From the NCBI GenBank assembly GCA_048772705.1, contig JBLWGC010000051.1, positions 62,001 through 126,000 on the forward strand: DNA of 64,000 bases, read 5' to 3'. Origin of the DNA: Leidyana gryllorum EB-2025a. Lineage: Eukaryota > Protista > Apicomplexa. Shown here piece after piece: positions 11,764 to 22,713 of the stretch. Each line of letters starts with the position of its first letter. Position 1 is the stretch's first letter. The notes under the pieces are model-generated. The model was not told where the DNA came from, made no database searches, and saw only the letters and a program-made list of their open reading frames with translations. Position numbers and translations under genes: made by a program.

Positions 11764-12420
11764 CTACTCGCCGTGGTGCCTTTTGTATGCCCTGCGTAGG
11801 GCCTGATCGCCACGGCTCATGAGCTCAGCATTGTAAGCTAGAAAATCAATCTTCGGTGTGAAATGGTGGGCTTCTGTGACCACGCGACTGGCCCCTATGA
11901 AGTCAGCGAACAGAAGGTCTTGTCCCGAGGGGGGTTCCCGACCCGCCATGAGCTTCTCGTTCAGGACATTGGCCAAATGAGGTGCTTCCAGTGGCGGTTT
12001 CGTCAGGTAAACCAAGCCATGCTTCTCGCGCTGGGCATTCAGAAACTTCAACAAGTGATACGCTGTTTCACTATCGGTCTCGCGAACATCTATCGCGCCA
12101 ACTGCCACGAACGACGACACCAAGCGGCTCAGTTTCTTCACCCACTCGTCTCGATCCACTTCTGCTTCGCCCAGGATTGAGAGCAGCAGTTCTCGATTCT
12201 CCACCCGCACTCTCTCCTTCAAGTACAGAAAGCTCAACAGAATTCGCACTTTTATAGGGGTTGAACATCTATGGAATCTCGGCTGCAGATACCGCAATAA
12301 TTGTCCATCTATCATTGTTGTTGCCGCTGCCGACGACCATCTTGTAGCCAGAACCTCCAAGTAGCTCACATACTGACTCTCAACGCTCCTCTCATCGCCA
12401 CCTACACTTCCTCGTCGCAT
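11764..12420 (-). CDS. NELF-A N-terminal-domain-like protein
   Basis: WSSAAATTMIDGQLLRYLQPRFHRCSTPIKVRILLSFLYL...LLSILGEAEVDRDEWV resembles the NELF-A N-terminus (W...F....VKLKLLL....L....I...A..D.D.WV), recalled from memory. Confidence 0.6.
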   Translation of the reverse strand: MRRGSVGGDERSVESQYVSYLEVLATRWSSAAATTMIDGQLLRYLQPRFHRCSTPIKVRILLSFLYLKERVRVENRELLLSILGEAEVDRDEWVKKLSRLVSSFVAVGAIDVRETDSETAYHLLKFLNAQREKHGLVYLTKPPLEAPHLANVLNEKLMAGREPPSGQDLLFADFIGASRVVTEAHHFTPKIDFLAYNAELMSRGDQALRRAYKRHHGE

Positions 12421-12446
12421 CAATTTCTTTTTTAGGTTGCACCACC

Positions 12447-14619
12447 ATGGTCGCTGCCCAACTTCGAAACCAACTACTCAAGGAATTCGGACAGCACCCA
12501 GAAGCACGATGGGATCAGATCCAAGTCAGGGAATCGAGACCTGAGTTCATCACTGACATTCCATATTCTCCTCCGGAGCATAAACATCGTGACATTGTAC
12601 TCCCTTCAAGTAGGTCTTGGCCCCAATCATCGCGGCCAACGACTCGTTCTTGCGCAGATTGCCAAGTCGAGGAAGAGCCGATATCTATAAATCGTCTGAT
12701 CCGATTCTTACTGGATCTGCCTATTGCTAACAGCGTGCTTGATACCAAATCAGGACGTTTGGTGCCGAAAAGCGAGCTCCAAGCGTGGTGAGTGCCACTC
12801 GACTACCGATTCCCATCGAGTGAGACCGAACGGCATTAGTGGTGATGTTGCCTGTTGCCAAGTCTATGGCTGTATGGCTTCGATCGAAATCGTGTTTGTG
12901 TGTGCCACTGATTCTTGTCTCCTCCCTTCGGATTGTGAATTGGTCACTTGGCAGGATAGAACGTCTGAAGGCGCAGGTGCCGATAATTAAGGAGTTGGAC
13001 GTAAGGAGTTTGTAATATTAGTTGGCATTGCTCCAAGGATGCAGATGCTCTGGACTCTCTGAAGACAATAAAGACGCTGTACGACCGCCGACTGCAAGCC
13101 GAACTGCCACTGGTGGCGTTGGGGGTGCCCCGAAGACTTGCAGCACTATTCAAAAGCCGGCAAACGGCATGTGCGGACCGGACTGTCATACTTCATCCAT
13201 ACGCGCTTCGCGAGGCAATGACGGCTGAGCTTTGTGGGACCTTGGAGAATTGGATACCCAAAGTGGAGGGTGAGAACTGAAGATACTGGCTGGATCATGC
13301 GTCGTTACAGAGATGGGGTCTATGGTTGGAGTTGATGGTGTGGCAGGGATGGTTGCCGACTTGACAGGTAGTAGGAGGCCATTGCGACCGGGTAACAGTC
13401 TTTTGACCGTGTAGAGAGTTGTTGGCAACTGACCAATGTGCTCGACTTTTGGGCTACAAGTTCGCATCTGGACGTGACGGCGCGCAGCATTCGAGTATTG
13501 GTGGACTGGCAAAAGGGTCAAGAACACGAGGAAACTGCGGCGTTAGCGGAATCGATCCAGCGAGCCACAAAAGACGTAAGACTTGGTGAATGTTGGAAGA
13601 CAGCAGACGGTTTTGGTGGATGTTCAGCGTGACAAGCAGGACAGTCATATTATTCAGGCTATTTATTCTGATGTTGAGCCGATCGCCAGAACCGACTTTG
13701 GCAACTTGCAGTGAGCGCCGAAAGAGTGTTGCCGGAAATGTGGTGGTGGCAACAGGAAAGTTGCCGCCAGTTGGACGGCAGAGAGCACGAGTGACGTGGC
13801 GTCCTTGGTGGAATGCACGCACAAACTCGAGAGCTGTGCACGTTTGTATCGTACGAAACTGACAGCTTCGTGTGAACTGATGTCGTCGGTAAGAGGGTAA
13901 AAGGCAGTAATTCTATGGTGAAGGTCAGCTGGCTAAACAAGTGGAGGAGAACTCGGCAATGTTGAGTCGTTTACTGGCTTGAATACATAATGTGTCATTA
14001 GATTGCACACTTTCGTTCCTGATGTGGCGATGCTGAAGTCGGAGTTGAAGCCACTTTTGAAGTCCGAGTGAGTATCTATTGAGGCGAGAAGGGAAGAATG
14101 AACCTTACAGACCTCCTCTGCCGTTGTTGGAACACGAGAACGTGCCCATTTCAAAGTCACAAAGATGCCTCTCGATATTGATCGTGTTGCTCAGGCTTTT
14201 TGTTCTTCTGATACTAAAGGTGGGAAGAGATCTGAGATGAGTATGAAACAAATCCTTGTCGTCAGGTGGTGACCGGCGCATATAAGTTTACAATGAACAG
14301 CATATCGCGGTACCGGCGATGGCGGAAACTTGAGACCTACCGTCGGAGAAGAGCAGCAATGTATGCACCTCAAGCCCAGTGCACAGGTAGCCAAGAGTTG
14401 AAAACCCCTCTACCAAAGGTAAGCGGTCAAAAGCTGACCCAATCAACGCGCGAGTTTCGTCCATCAGCTACCTCTATGGAAACGAATATTCACTCCACCG
14501 CGTCCGAAAATAATCATTTCGCGCGCTGCCTATGTGGTCTGACGACGACACCTCCATCAGGACGGTCCGCCCTAACGAGTGTTCGCCCTGAGGAGTGTGT
14601 GTGTCCACTTTCTTTCTGA
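12447..14619 (+). CDS. Multi-exon hypothetical protein (boundaries uncertain)
   Basis: ccaccATG start and a series of protein-like segments separated by GTGAGT/GTAAG...AG motifs; no family recognised. Confidence 0.4.
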
Positions 14620-14873
14620 GATTTGCATAATCATCTGAGATTCGCATAAGCAATCCCTCCTCCAACGTACACAGTTGCCATCTACATGTTTGACCACGAA
14701 AACCACACGTAGCACAGAACCTGTAGCGCTTAAGAATATCCCTCCCCCATGCCACCTATCTTCAAGGCAGTTTGGTCCCAATAATTGAGTGTGCGGACCT
14801 CTCCGCCATCGACTGCATGATCGATCTCGACAACTTCTTATTCCATTGTGACGATTAAAGGACAAGTACAATA

Positions 14874-16094
14874 ATGGCAGGCCGTGGTGGCGGAGGGGGC
14901 GCCAGGACGACGCGAACTCGCGCCGCAAAGCGCCGTAGAAAGCGCGCCCGACAACGAGCTATCGGTGCTCGGACGCTGGGGAGAGCGGGTATGGGCATCC
15001 AGCCCTCCCATGCCTTCTCACACGCGCACCACCGGATCCCTCCTCGGCCACGGCCACCCCCAGGATATCGCCCATTTGGCCCCGGAGCCGCTTGTAGCCC
15101 CTGTGGGGGTCGCCCGCTCGTTAGCCCCGGAGCCGCTTGTAGCCCCTGTGGGGGTCGCCCGCTCGTTGGCCCCGCAGCCGCTTGCAGCCCCGGTGGAGGA
15201 GGCCGTCCTCCGCTTGATGGTCCCGGAGTCGACTGTCATCCCAAAGGCAGTTGTCAACCGCCCTCTACAGCGCCGGTTGGGAGACACCATTGGTACCGCT
15301 ACCACTTACACCGTCCGCCATCCGGAGGCCGGCGGAATGAGGTGGCGACGGAAATGGAGATCGGCCGCCCGAAAGGACTCCCCAGCTGCGGCCTCCGGTG
15401 GGTGGGGGGCGTACTGAGTGTGCTGTTGGTGTTGGGGACTGGACTGTGGTGTATAATCTATGGGAGCCTGGGGAGACTGAGGGCTATTTCGAGTAGTCTA
15501 TTGATTGTGATCGGCATATTGTTGCTGGCAGTGACTGTCTGGGGACCAATTTGGATGCTGACGAGACTAAGATCCAGAAGTGCTGTGTATGGAGCAATTT
15601 ATTGTATGTGTAAGTCGCTCGCCGAACGCGTGTGTCCCGGATGTTTGAGTTTGTGTGTAGTATTTGCCGGCACCGGAGCTGCAGCAGCGCATATCCACGA
15701 AGTGGAGATTGGATTCCGCGCACAACTGATGGAGCTTATTTTGGTGGCATACGTTGCTGCAGCGGCAATGGTTGGGCTGGTTTTATCGGCCATATCGCAG
15801 AAATTCTATGAGGCCTTATGGGAGACTCTGAGGGCCTGCAGGAAGGCAGAAACGTTTGGGAGCGTAGTGGAATGCGCCGACAACGTACGAACGGACGCCG
15901 ATGAAGGCTGTCCATACTTCGTCATTGCCATCACAGAACCGCCAGACGACGAGCAGACCTCCCGTAGCGGAATTCATCTTGACGATAGCTGCTGTGGCCG
16001 GAGAGCGCCGCCTGAGACACTGATAGAGTCTTCTCTTGGGGAGGGTTTTTCTCCCCAAGCAATGATCACAGCCCAGCCAACCTGTCCAGACTGA
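14874..16094 (+). CDS. Lineage-specific membrane protein (about 4 TM) with a repetitive Pro/Gly/Cys/Arg N-terminus
   Basis: Hydrophobic segments in the C-terminal half; shares L.V.GILL.....WG..W with the 16301 ORF. Confidence 0.55.
   Translation: MAGRGGGGGARTTRTRAAKRRRKRARQRAIGARTLGRAGMGIQPSHAFSHAHHRIPPRPRPPPGYRPFGPGAACSPCGGRPLVSPGAACSPCGGRPLVGPAAACSPGGGGRPPLDGPGVDCHPKGSCQPPSTAPVGRHHWYRYHLHRPPSGGRRNEVATEMEIGRPKGLPSCGLRWVGGVLSVLLVLGTGLWCIIYGSLGRLRAISSSLLIVIGILLLAVTVWGPIWMLTRLRSRSAVYGAIYCMCKSLAERVCPGCLSLCVVFAGTGAAAAHIHEVEIGFRAQLMELILVAYVAAAAMVGLVLSAISQKFYEALWETLRACRKAETFGSVVECADNVRTDADEGCPYFVIAITEPPDDEQTSRSGIHLDDSCCGRRAPPETLIESSLGEGFSPQAMITAQPTCPD
15077..15200 (+). repeat. 45-bp tandem repeat, about 2.7 copies
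   Basis: gccccggagccgcttgtagcccctgtgggggtcgcccgctcgtt units; encode PGAACSPCGGRPLVS or, in another frame, LAPEPLVAPVGVARS. Confidence 0.9.
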
Positions 16095-16300
16095 CAGGAT
16101 ACTTTGTGCCAGAGCTTAGGACAATATTTTGGGATCGATGCAGACGCCTGATACTACGTACTACTCAGATTGGATGGTAAGGCGGCGCATTCCGTTTGTG
16201 CGAAGCGCTAAAATGTGATCAATTGTTGTGTTGGTTTGAGGGATGGACGAATTTATGGTAGTATAGTATTAAGAGAGAATATTGTCCGTCTGTATGAGAG

Positions 16301-16924
16301 ATGCAAGACATCAAGGGGTTATTGTTGATTATTTTGTCTGGCATCACCTTGACGGCAGAGCAGGTCGCAGGGTGGGTCTTTATTTATTCTGGGTTGGATG
16401 GTGAAACCTATGAGGCCCCATATCTCCTTGTTTCGGGAATTCTATTGATGATAGCGTGTTCATGGGGCCAATTATGGGTCAGTCTATGCTTTCGATGTGG
16501 TCGAAACTTCTTCCTGTACGGACACACTGTGTGTAAGTTGTCGCGGAGACGGCGTGTGCTTCATCAACATCGATCTGCAGTTCTAGCAGCAGCCATGGTA
16601 GTCCTCGGCTTGTTGATATTATGGAGAGATGACCGAGATTGGTGGGTCGATATACTCATCTCATTGGGTTGGTCTATGCTCACCATCATTGCAAGCGTCG
16701 GGCTGACTGCCATAGGCATCATATGGTATGAGAACTTCATGCAGCCGTTGGTTTTGGGTCTGCATTTGCTTTGTCCCTACCGATACCGTAGATATTTCCG
16801 GCCGCAACCGGAACCTCGTATTCAATTACCTCCAGCGCGAAGCTGGAGTACAGATATTGCGACAGCCCCTCCCTCCACTACCGAGGTGCACCAAGGATCT
16901 TCTTTGAAAGACGAAGAAGTCTGA
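16301..16924 (+). CDS. Lineage-specific membrane protein (about 4 TM), paralogue of the 14874 ORF
   Basis: Hydrophobic segments; LLVSGILLMIACSWGQLW, YGHTVCKL, SVGL...WYE align by eye with the upstream ORF. Confidence 0.6.
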   Translation: MQDIKGLLLIILSGITLTAEQVAGWVFIYSGLDGETYEAPYLLVSGILLMIACSWGQLWVSLCFRCGRNFFLYGHTVCKLSRRRRVLHQHRSAVLAAAMVVLGLLILWRDDRDWWVDILISLGWSMLTIIASVGLTAIGIIWYENFMQPLVLGLHLLCPYRYRRYFRPQPEPRIQLPPARSWSTDIATAPPSTTEVHQGSSLKDEEV

Positions 16925-17537
16925 GGCGGGCACTCAATTCAATGAAGAGGTGACTTCCGCGGTCCTGTTTTTGGTCTGCTGTTACGAGACAAGCCAAAAA
17001 GCCTTATTGCGGAACAGCATCAGCTCACCCTTACACCAATTATTACCTCCACTGATCCTATCTTGTTTTACTGTCAACTCCCCTACCACCTCCCGGCCGA
17101 CTATTAGGCGGCTCCGACACTTGACATCTTAGTTTTGAGCAGTGTTCTGTGTCTTATCACTCACTATCCGCTTTCAATATTTCAGCAAGTCTTATTCCTT
17201 AAGGCATTATTGCGGGGTCTCTAACGAAACGCGATGCCGCTGCGAGACTACACTTATTACTGATTGCCAATATTCGAGACGCCCACTTTGGCGTCCCCAT
17301 ACTCTGAGGAGAGGAGGTCTTTGCAGTCTACACCGTGTGTATACAGGACTGCTTCAGTGCACTCAGTATTGAGCTGCCTTCATCTTTGTGTTCTCAACAA
17401 GACGACCTCTCCCAGTGTGATGGAAAAAAGGTCGTAGCCTGTATATTGACTCTCGTTGCGAGAAGAAGAATACCTTTTCCAGTCTAACTGAAAGAAATAG
17501 TAATTAGATCGCGAATGTGAAAACTCTCTCTCTCTAG

Positions 17538-17700
17538 CAACACTCGGACACAAGAAAGTCGCTTCCGACTCCAGTGTTGATTGGGCATTGTGAGCACCTC
17601 CACGACCACAATGACAGCTCCCAATCGCTACTTTTGGGGCTTCGAGTCGTCACTTCACCCCCAAACCACCTTTCGAAGGTGTGTGTCTGTAGCGACTAGT
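17538..17700. ncRNA. Candidate structured RNA of unknown class
   Basis: Consecutive perfect stems: caacact/agtgttg, cgga/tccg, gattggg/cccaatc, cattgtg/cacaatg, gctac/gtagc, tttgggg/ccccaaa, cacctt/aaggtg. Confidence 0.55.
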
Positions 17701-17797
17701 GTGGATCATCATTATTTGCAAGAAAAAGGGTCCTAGTTGTTGGGCATCTCAGAGTGAGGGAGATGTGATCATAAAAAGTAGCTCCCAGGAGAGCATC

Positions 17798-18723
17798 TCA
17801 CATCTTGAACTGGCTCAGAGCGTCCAGGGCGGCAAAGCCGGATTCGGATTCGAGCTTGTGAAGTTCGTCAGCTCCGATGTTAGTGGTGATCTCGGGGTTG
17901 GCGCGGTTGAGAATGCCGATATGGCAAGCTGCAGTGTACAGCGGAGCAATCTTGCGTTGACGGGCCAGTTGATACAAAGTGAAGGACTCCATTTCCATAG
18001 AGTCGACCTTGTTGTTCAACAGGCAGTTAAAAATGCCCTGATTGTCTCCATCGTCAAAGTGAGAGTCTTTGCGGCCCTGAGTACTGTAAAAATAGTCACC
18101 GGCAACATTCAGACCCTCATAGGTCGTCACATTGCGGGCCTTAAGACTCCTGAAAAGATCAAAACGTCGTTCGACACACATCAAAATGACCGGTCAGCTT
18201 ACGCTGTCAGCAGGTCGCAGAGCTCAGCAGTTCCTGGAACGGGCTTGGAGATGAGATATTGACTCTTGGAAATATCGTCAGCATTCATGCACCCACCGGT
18301 CCAGGCGCCATGGTTCAGGTAAGAGATGGAGCAACCCTTGGAGGCCACTACGACGGTGCCAGGCAGCAACTCGGGGTTAAAGAGACCGCAAGTTCCCACA
18401 CGGATAATGGCCATCGGCTCGTCGCAGATGAAAGACGCCTCTCTAACCATAAAGTCCATCATGGGAGCTCCCATACCGATGGCGATGATAGTCACGCCGA
18501 CATCCTTATATTTGCCCGAGTAGATATGGAATTGACGGCTCGAAACAATCTTCTTCTCAATGGTATCCAGGCACTTGGACATGGCCTCCGCGCGAGACGG
18601 ACTGCCAACAGTAATAATGCGGGGGTAGATGTCGCCCTTCTTGGCACCCAAGTGATAGGTGGACCCGTCCGGGAGGAGGAGCATGTCCTTGCCAGTCATG
18701 TAAACCTTGCCATCGCCAGTCAT
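17798..18723 (-). CDS. Uridine phosphorylase (PNP/UDP family 1), 2 exons
   Basis: YHLG, RIITVGSPSRA, IGMGAPMMD, IIRVGTCG, DYFYSTQGR, SMEMES; intron 18150-18202 joins two ORFs. Confidence 0.9.
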
Positions 18724-19434
18724 CTTGAGATGTCGAAAAAGACAAATGGAAGGAAAATAAACTTGAGAAAGGAAGACTCAAAGTCGGCGGGTTCCAAAAC
18801 GCTATTCCCTCAAATAGTACTTTTTGTGTGCTGAGGTCCCAACAGTCTCCAGAAACTTTTTCGAAAGCTCGCTCCGCAAAGTCTCCATCGAAGTATACGA
18901 CTCTTCTCTTTCTGGTAATGGAGGTGGTGGTGTTTTTTGGCAGAGGGACTTGAGGGGATCCCACGAACGGGGTCTCAAACGGGGGTTGGGTGAGATGCGT
19001 GTGACGACGAGTGGTTTGTGTCGTGCCGACTAGTGCAACTTCCCAGTTTTGACCGCCACTGAGACGCGACTTTTTCTCGAGAACTTCTCCCCACCCTCAC
19101 TGGTGTAAAAACTCTTCAGTCCCTTAAAGGGGCAGATGGCATGTCGACCTCACACCCCTTAGGCCAGACTATAGCCAAATTACCCGTAGGGCAGCACTGC
19201 GTCCTTGAAACCCATTCAATGAGGTGAGATATATTCACATGAAAGTCGCCTTAGCTAAGTAGGAACCGCAGTCACAATTGCAGTATGGATCTTTCATCTT
19301 GTCAGTATGACTCTTTGTGTGTGGCATACTCACCTGATCCGTACCACCCAGTCAGTCATTCAGTCAGTGCGGCAGTGTCATATAGGAGAGAGGCGTCTAA
19401 GAGTGCGCAAGGTCACTGTGTATGTCATGAGCAA

Positions 19435-19878
19435 TCACTGCAGCAAAGGATCCCATGACTCGTACAACTGCAAAGATGAGTCCATAGTAGGGTATAGCCA
19501 GCAGCCCGACATCCACCCAGCTGCTAATTCCGTCTGGTTCTCCGATGCGCGAGATCGCTGGCCAATATGTGCATGAGAGGGCACAAAACAGCACTGCGTA
19601 GAATAGCGTTGTGGTAAAGCTGTCAAAATCTTACACAGCATATAGGTCCATTTAACAACTCGCTTCTGATCTTCAATCATCAACGGAACAAAAACACCAA
19701 AGGCAGCGGCAGCAGCAGCTGATAGCAATCCAAAGAACAACAAAAGGGACCAGTCAGCGGCGGTAACTGTGGTGCGCTCGCTTCTTTTCAGTAGAGTATA
19801 TAGGCTCGCTCCTAATTGCACTCCATTGAGAATAGCCCAGAACGAACCCGAAGCTGCTCTCACGAGCCAATCTCGCAT
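19435..19878 (-). CDS. Small hypothetical membrane protein
   Basis: Two hydrophobic segments; YMLCKIL weakly echoes the neighbouring membrane proteins. Confidence 0.35.
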   Translation of the reverse strand: MRDWLVRAASGSFWAILNGVQLGASLYTLLKRSERTTVTAADWSLLLFFGLLSAAAAAAFGVFVPLMIEDQKRVVKWTYMLCKILTALPQRYSTQCCFVPSHAHIGQRSRASENQTELAAGWMSGCWLYPTMDSSLQLYESWDPLLQ

Positions 19879-21195
19879 CGATCACCAAAAATACCATTTA
19901 TATCTCAGATCAGTTCGAAATGTGATCTACGCATATTCCAAAATGTGTTCCACCTCATTCAACACCGAAGCTTTACATCACCACGACATCTGAGAGTGCC
20001 AACCGCCAAAGGGACCATTGCCCATCCCCGCAATCTGTGGATATAACACTCAAAAACGATGACTCATTTCTCAATATCTCGAGCTTTGTTGTGGCTGACA
20101 GTCCGGCTGGACTACAACAGTCGGTGGGAAGTCCCCAAGACCTCTTCCTTCTTCCGATTGTGTGTTCCTCAAGCTTTCTTTCTGCGGCCACTCATTCCAC
20201 ATCCTTGACGATCAGCGTTCGATAACCCTCACAAGTTCAATCTTCTCGCAAAGGCACACAGACACGTCAAGCCGATATCCAAACACCAAAAATCTTTGGA
20301 ATCGCAACTCCTCTTTGTCACTGGGTATCTATGGAAGATTGTCTCTCAAACCCATATCCTCATCAGATTGACGCCCAAATTAGCACATATACAAACATGA
20401 GTCGGAAAGGATCTGTGATCCTCCGAGCCGAGACCATCAGACAGCGTCTCACAGTATTCCCCTCTCCCGAATTATGGCCTTCTGGACTACTGGTCACGTG
20501 CCTCGTGTCTTTCGCTCGCCTCGAATGTCAACGGCACCGAGTTTTACTCTGGCCGTAGTAATAAGTGGATAGCAGGCCGTTCTGTGTCTGCGTAGTTCCT
20601 CAAGGACACAGAGGAGCCAAGAGTTTGGAGGGGGGAAACAGGAAGGCCCATTTGGGCATAAAGACTTCCAATGGAGTAGCTGAGGCATCGATAGCTCTAA
20701 TGCCGCAGATCTATGCTCGGAAGCGAGAGTGCAACCTCAGAATCCTCGAATCCGCACTCCACTGCCTGCTTCCGACGCGAAGGGCCTTCTTTTCAGACCA
20801 GCAAGCATTTTCACTCTAGTCACCCCTGCACCGATGTCGCACCATATCGCTTTCCAGTTCACCATATTTCTGAGGGTCCTCAAGTCTCGCAAGCCAGCTA
20901 GCAGACCGGCCAGCCCCACTGAATGTTTCCCGGTTCATCAGTCCTCATCTTAGCAGCCGGACACAGTGTGTGCATACCGTTCGATTTCAAGGATGGCGTG
21001 TGTGTAGAATAGCAGCGGTGCTACCTAACTCGCTCAGCTGCTCCAAATCGATTGGGCACAATTGAGTTTGGGACCCCGCGACAAGACGGGGGAGGTAGCT
21101 CAATACAATCTGCTCAATTTTTAAACACATTCACCTTCCAACCCCGAGTTACTTTTTCACATTCCGGCGACTTTCAAAGTTCTTCGTTGTTGAAC

Positions 21196-22713
21196 ATGAC
21201 CGTTACTGTTGCCGGCCTTCCGATCTCCCAACCCAACAGCCCTACCAGTGGATTGCAGGCTGTGAGGGAGAAGGGTGCCAACATGAATCATATCAAGTTC
21301 GCTTGGCCCATTCAACCCATCCATTACACTTACCCTCAGAAGTTCCCTCTTGACGAGATCCAAGTCGAGTCTGAGGCGATCCATGACGATATCGAGGATG
21401 CAATCCGTTGCGCCCATGAGGCGCAAGTGGTGTTCGCTGCCCTTCCGATTGCTCAGAAACAGACCATCATTAAGACTATTCGTGAGGTTTGTGAGGAATT
21501 CCGCGCCGATTTTGCTCTGGCTGCGTGGTCTGAGACTGGTCGTGGCAGATATGAGGATAAGTACGCAAAGCAATCTGTTGCTATTCATTCAACTCCGGGT
21601 ATGGAAGATTTAGAAGTTCGAAGCTTCACCGGCGACAGTGGTCTCACCGTCATTGACTACGCTCCATATGGCGTTGTAGGTGCAGTGACTCCGGTGACCA
21701 ATCCTACTGCGACGGTGATTAACAACTCGATCACGTTGCTTTCCGGCGGCAACGCTGTGGTATTTAATCCGCACCCTGCTGCTATGAGGTGTACCTGCAG
21801 AGCGATTGCCGTGGTTAACATGGCAGTGGTTCTGGCTGGCGGTCCTGTATCGCTTGTCTCTACCGTTAAGATCCCTACTATCCAATCGGGTGGCATCATG
21901 ATGAACCATCCGATGGTTGCCTGTAACTTGATCACTGGCGGTCCCGCAGTCGTCAATGTGGCGATGAAATCCGGCAAGAAGTCCTTCTGTGCCGGCCCGG
22001 GTAACCCGCCTGTCGTTGTAGATGAGACCGCTGATTTGGCTCGCGCCGCTAAGGGCATCTACGAGGGTGCTTCCTTCGACAACAATATGATTTGTTCTGA
22101 TGAAAAGGAGACCTTTGTGGTCGAAAGTGTTGCCGATGAACTGATCGAAGAGTTCAAGAAATTGGGCGCATATGTCGCCAAAAATGAAGACGAAATCGAA
22201 GCGATCACCAAAATTGTGTTCGCTGGAAATGTTCCTGAAGATTATGTGCACGGCGCGGTCGATAAAGACCTCGTCGGTTCAAGTGCCAACGTCATCTTGA
22301 GAAAGGCCGGCATCGAAGGGGCTGCTGACATTGGCGAGCAATGCAGACTGATTGTATGTGACGTCCGCCAAGGACATCCTCTCGTCTGGACAGAGCAACT
22401 AATGCCTGTCATGCCCATCGTTCGCGTACCTGATTTCGATGCTGCCTTGGATCTGGCCGAGCGCGCGGAATACAATTACAAACACACGGCTTCTGTGTAT
22501 ACTACCAACCTCCATCGTGTCACCGACATGTCTCGACGACTTAATACTTCCATCTTTGTCGTCAACGGTTCTCACACTGCTGGGCTTGGAGTCGGAGGTG
22601 AAGGATATACCTCTTTCTCTATCGCCGGCACCACGGGAGAGGGTATGACTCGCCCTCGCACCTTTGTTCGTGAGAGACGTATGACTCTTGTGAATGCTCT
22701 TAACTTCGTCTGA
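21196..22713 (+). CDS. CoA-acylating aldehyde dehydrogenase, EutE/PduP family, intronless
   Basis: ETGRGRYEDK, GDSGLTV...APYGVVGAVTPVTNPT, NSITLLSGGNAVVFNPHP, TGGPAVV, AGPGNPPVVVDETAD, SFDNNMIC(catalytic)SDEKE, EQLMPVMP, HTAS, GGEGYTSFSIAGTTGEG.T.PRTF.R.RR. Confidence 0.93.
   Translation: MTVTVAGLPISQPNSPTSGLQAVREKGANMNHIKFAWPIQPIHYTYPQKFPLDEIQVESEAIHDDIEDAIRCAHEAQVVFAALPIAQKQTIIKTIREVCEEFRADFALAAWSETGRGRYEDKYAKQSVAIHSTPGMEDLEVRSFTGDSGLTVIDYAPYGVVGAVTPVTNPTATVINNSITLLSGGNAVVFNPHPAAMRCTCRAIAVVNMAVVLAGGPVSLVSTVKIPTIQSGGIMMNHPMVACNLITGGPAVVNVAMKSGKKSFCAGPGNPPVVVDETADLARAAKGIYEGASFDNNMICSDEKETFVVESVADELIEEFKKLGAYVAKNEDEIEAITKIVFAGNVPEDYVHGAVDKDLVGSSANVILRKAGIEGAADIGEQCRLIVCDVRQGHPLVWTEQLMPVMPIVRVPDFDAALDLAERAEYNYKHTASVYTTNLHRVTDMSRRLNTSIFVVNGSHTAGLGVGGEGYTSFSIAGTTGEGMTRPRTFVRERRMTLVNALNFV

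Noticed and set aside
17538-17700. SRP RNA or RNase MRP identity for the structured element
   Set aside because: Lacks the SRP helix-8 CAGG/AGCAG motif and the MRP GAAAGUCCCC/GGGGCU P4 pair in proper arrangement
17694-17760. U3 snoRNA (GGATCAT and AGAGTGAG box-like words)
   Set aside because: Spacing is too short, and the remaining boxes would fall inside the antisense of the uridine phosphorylase CDS
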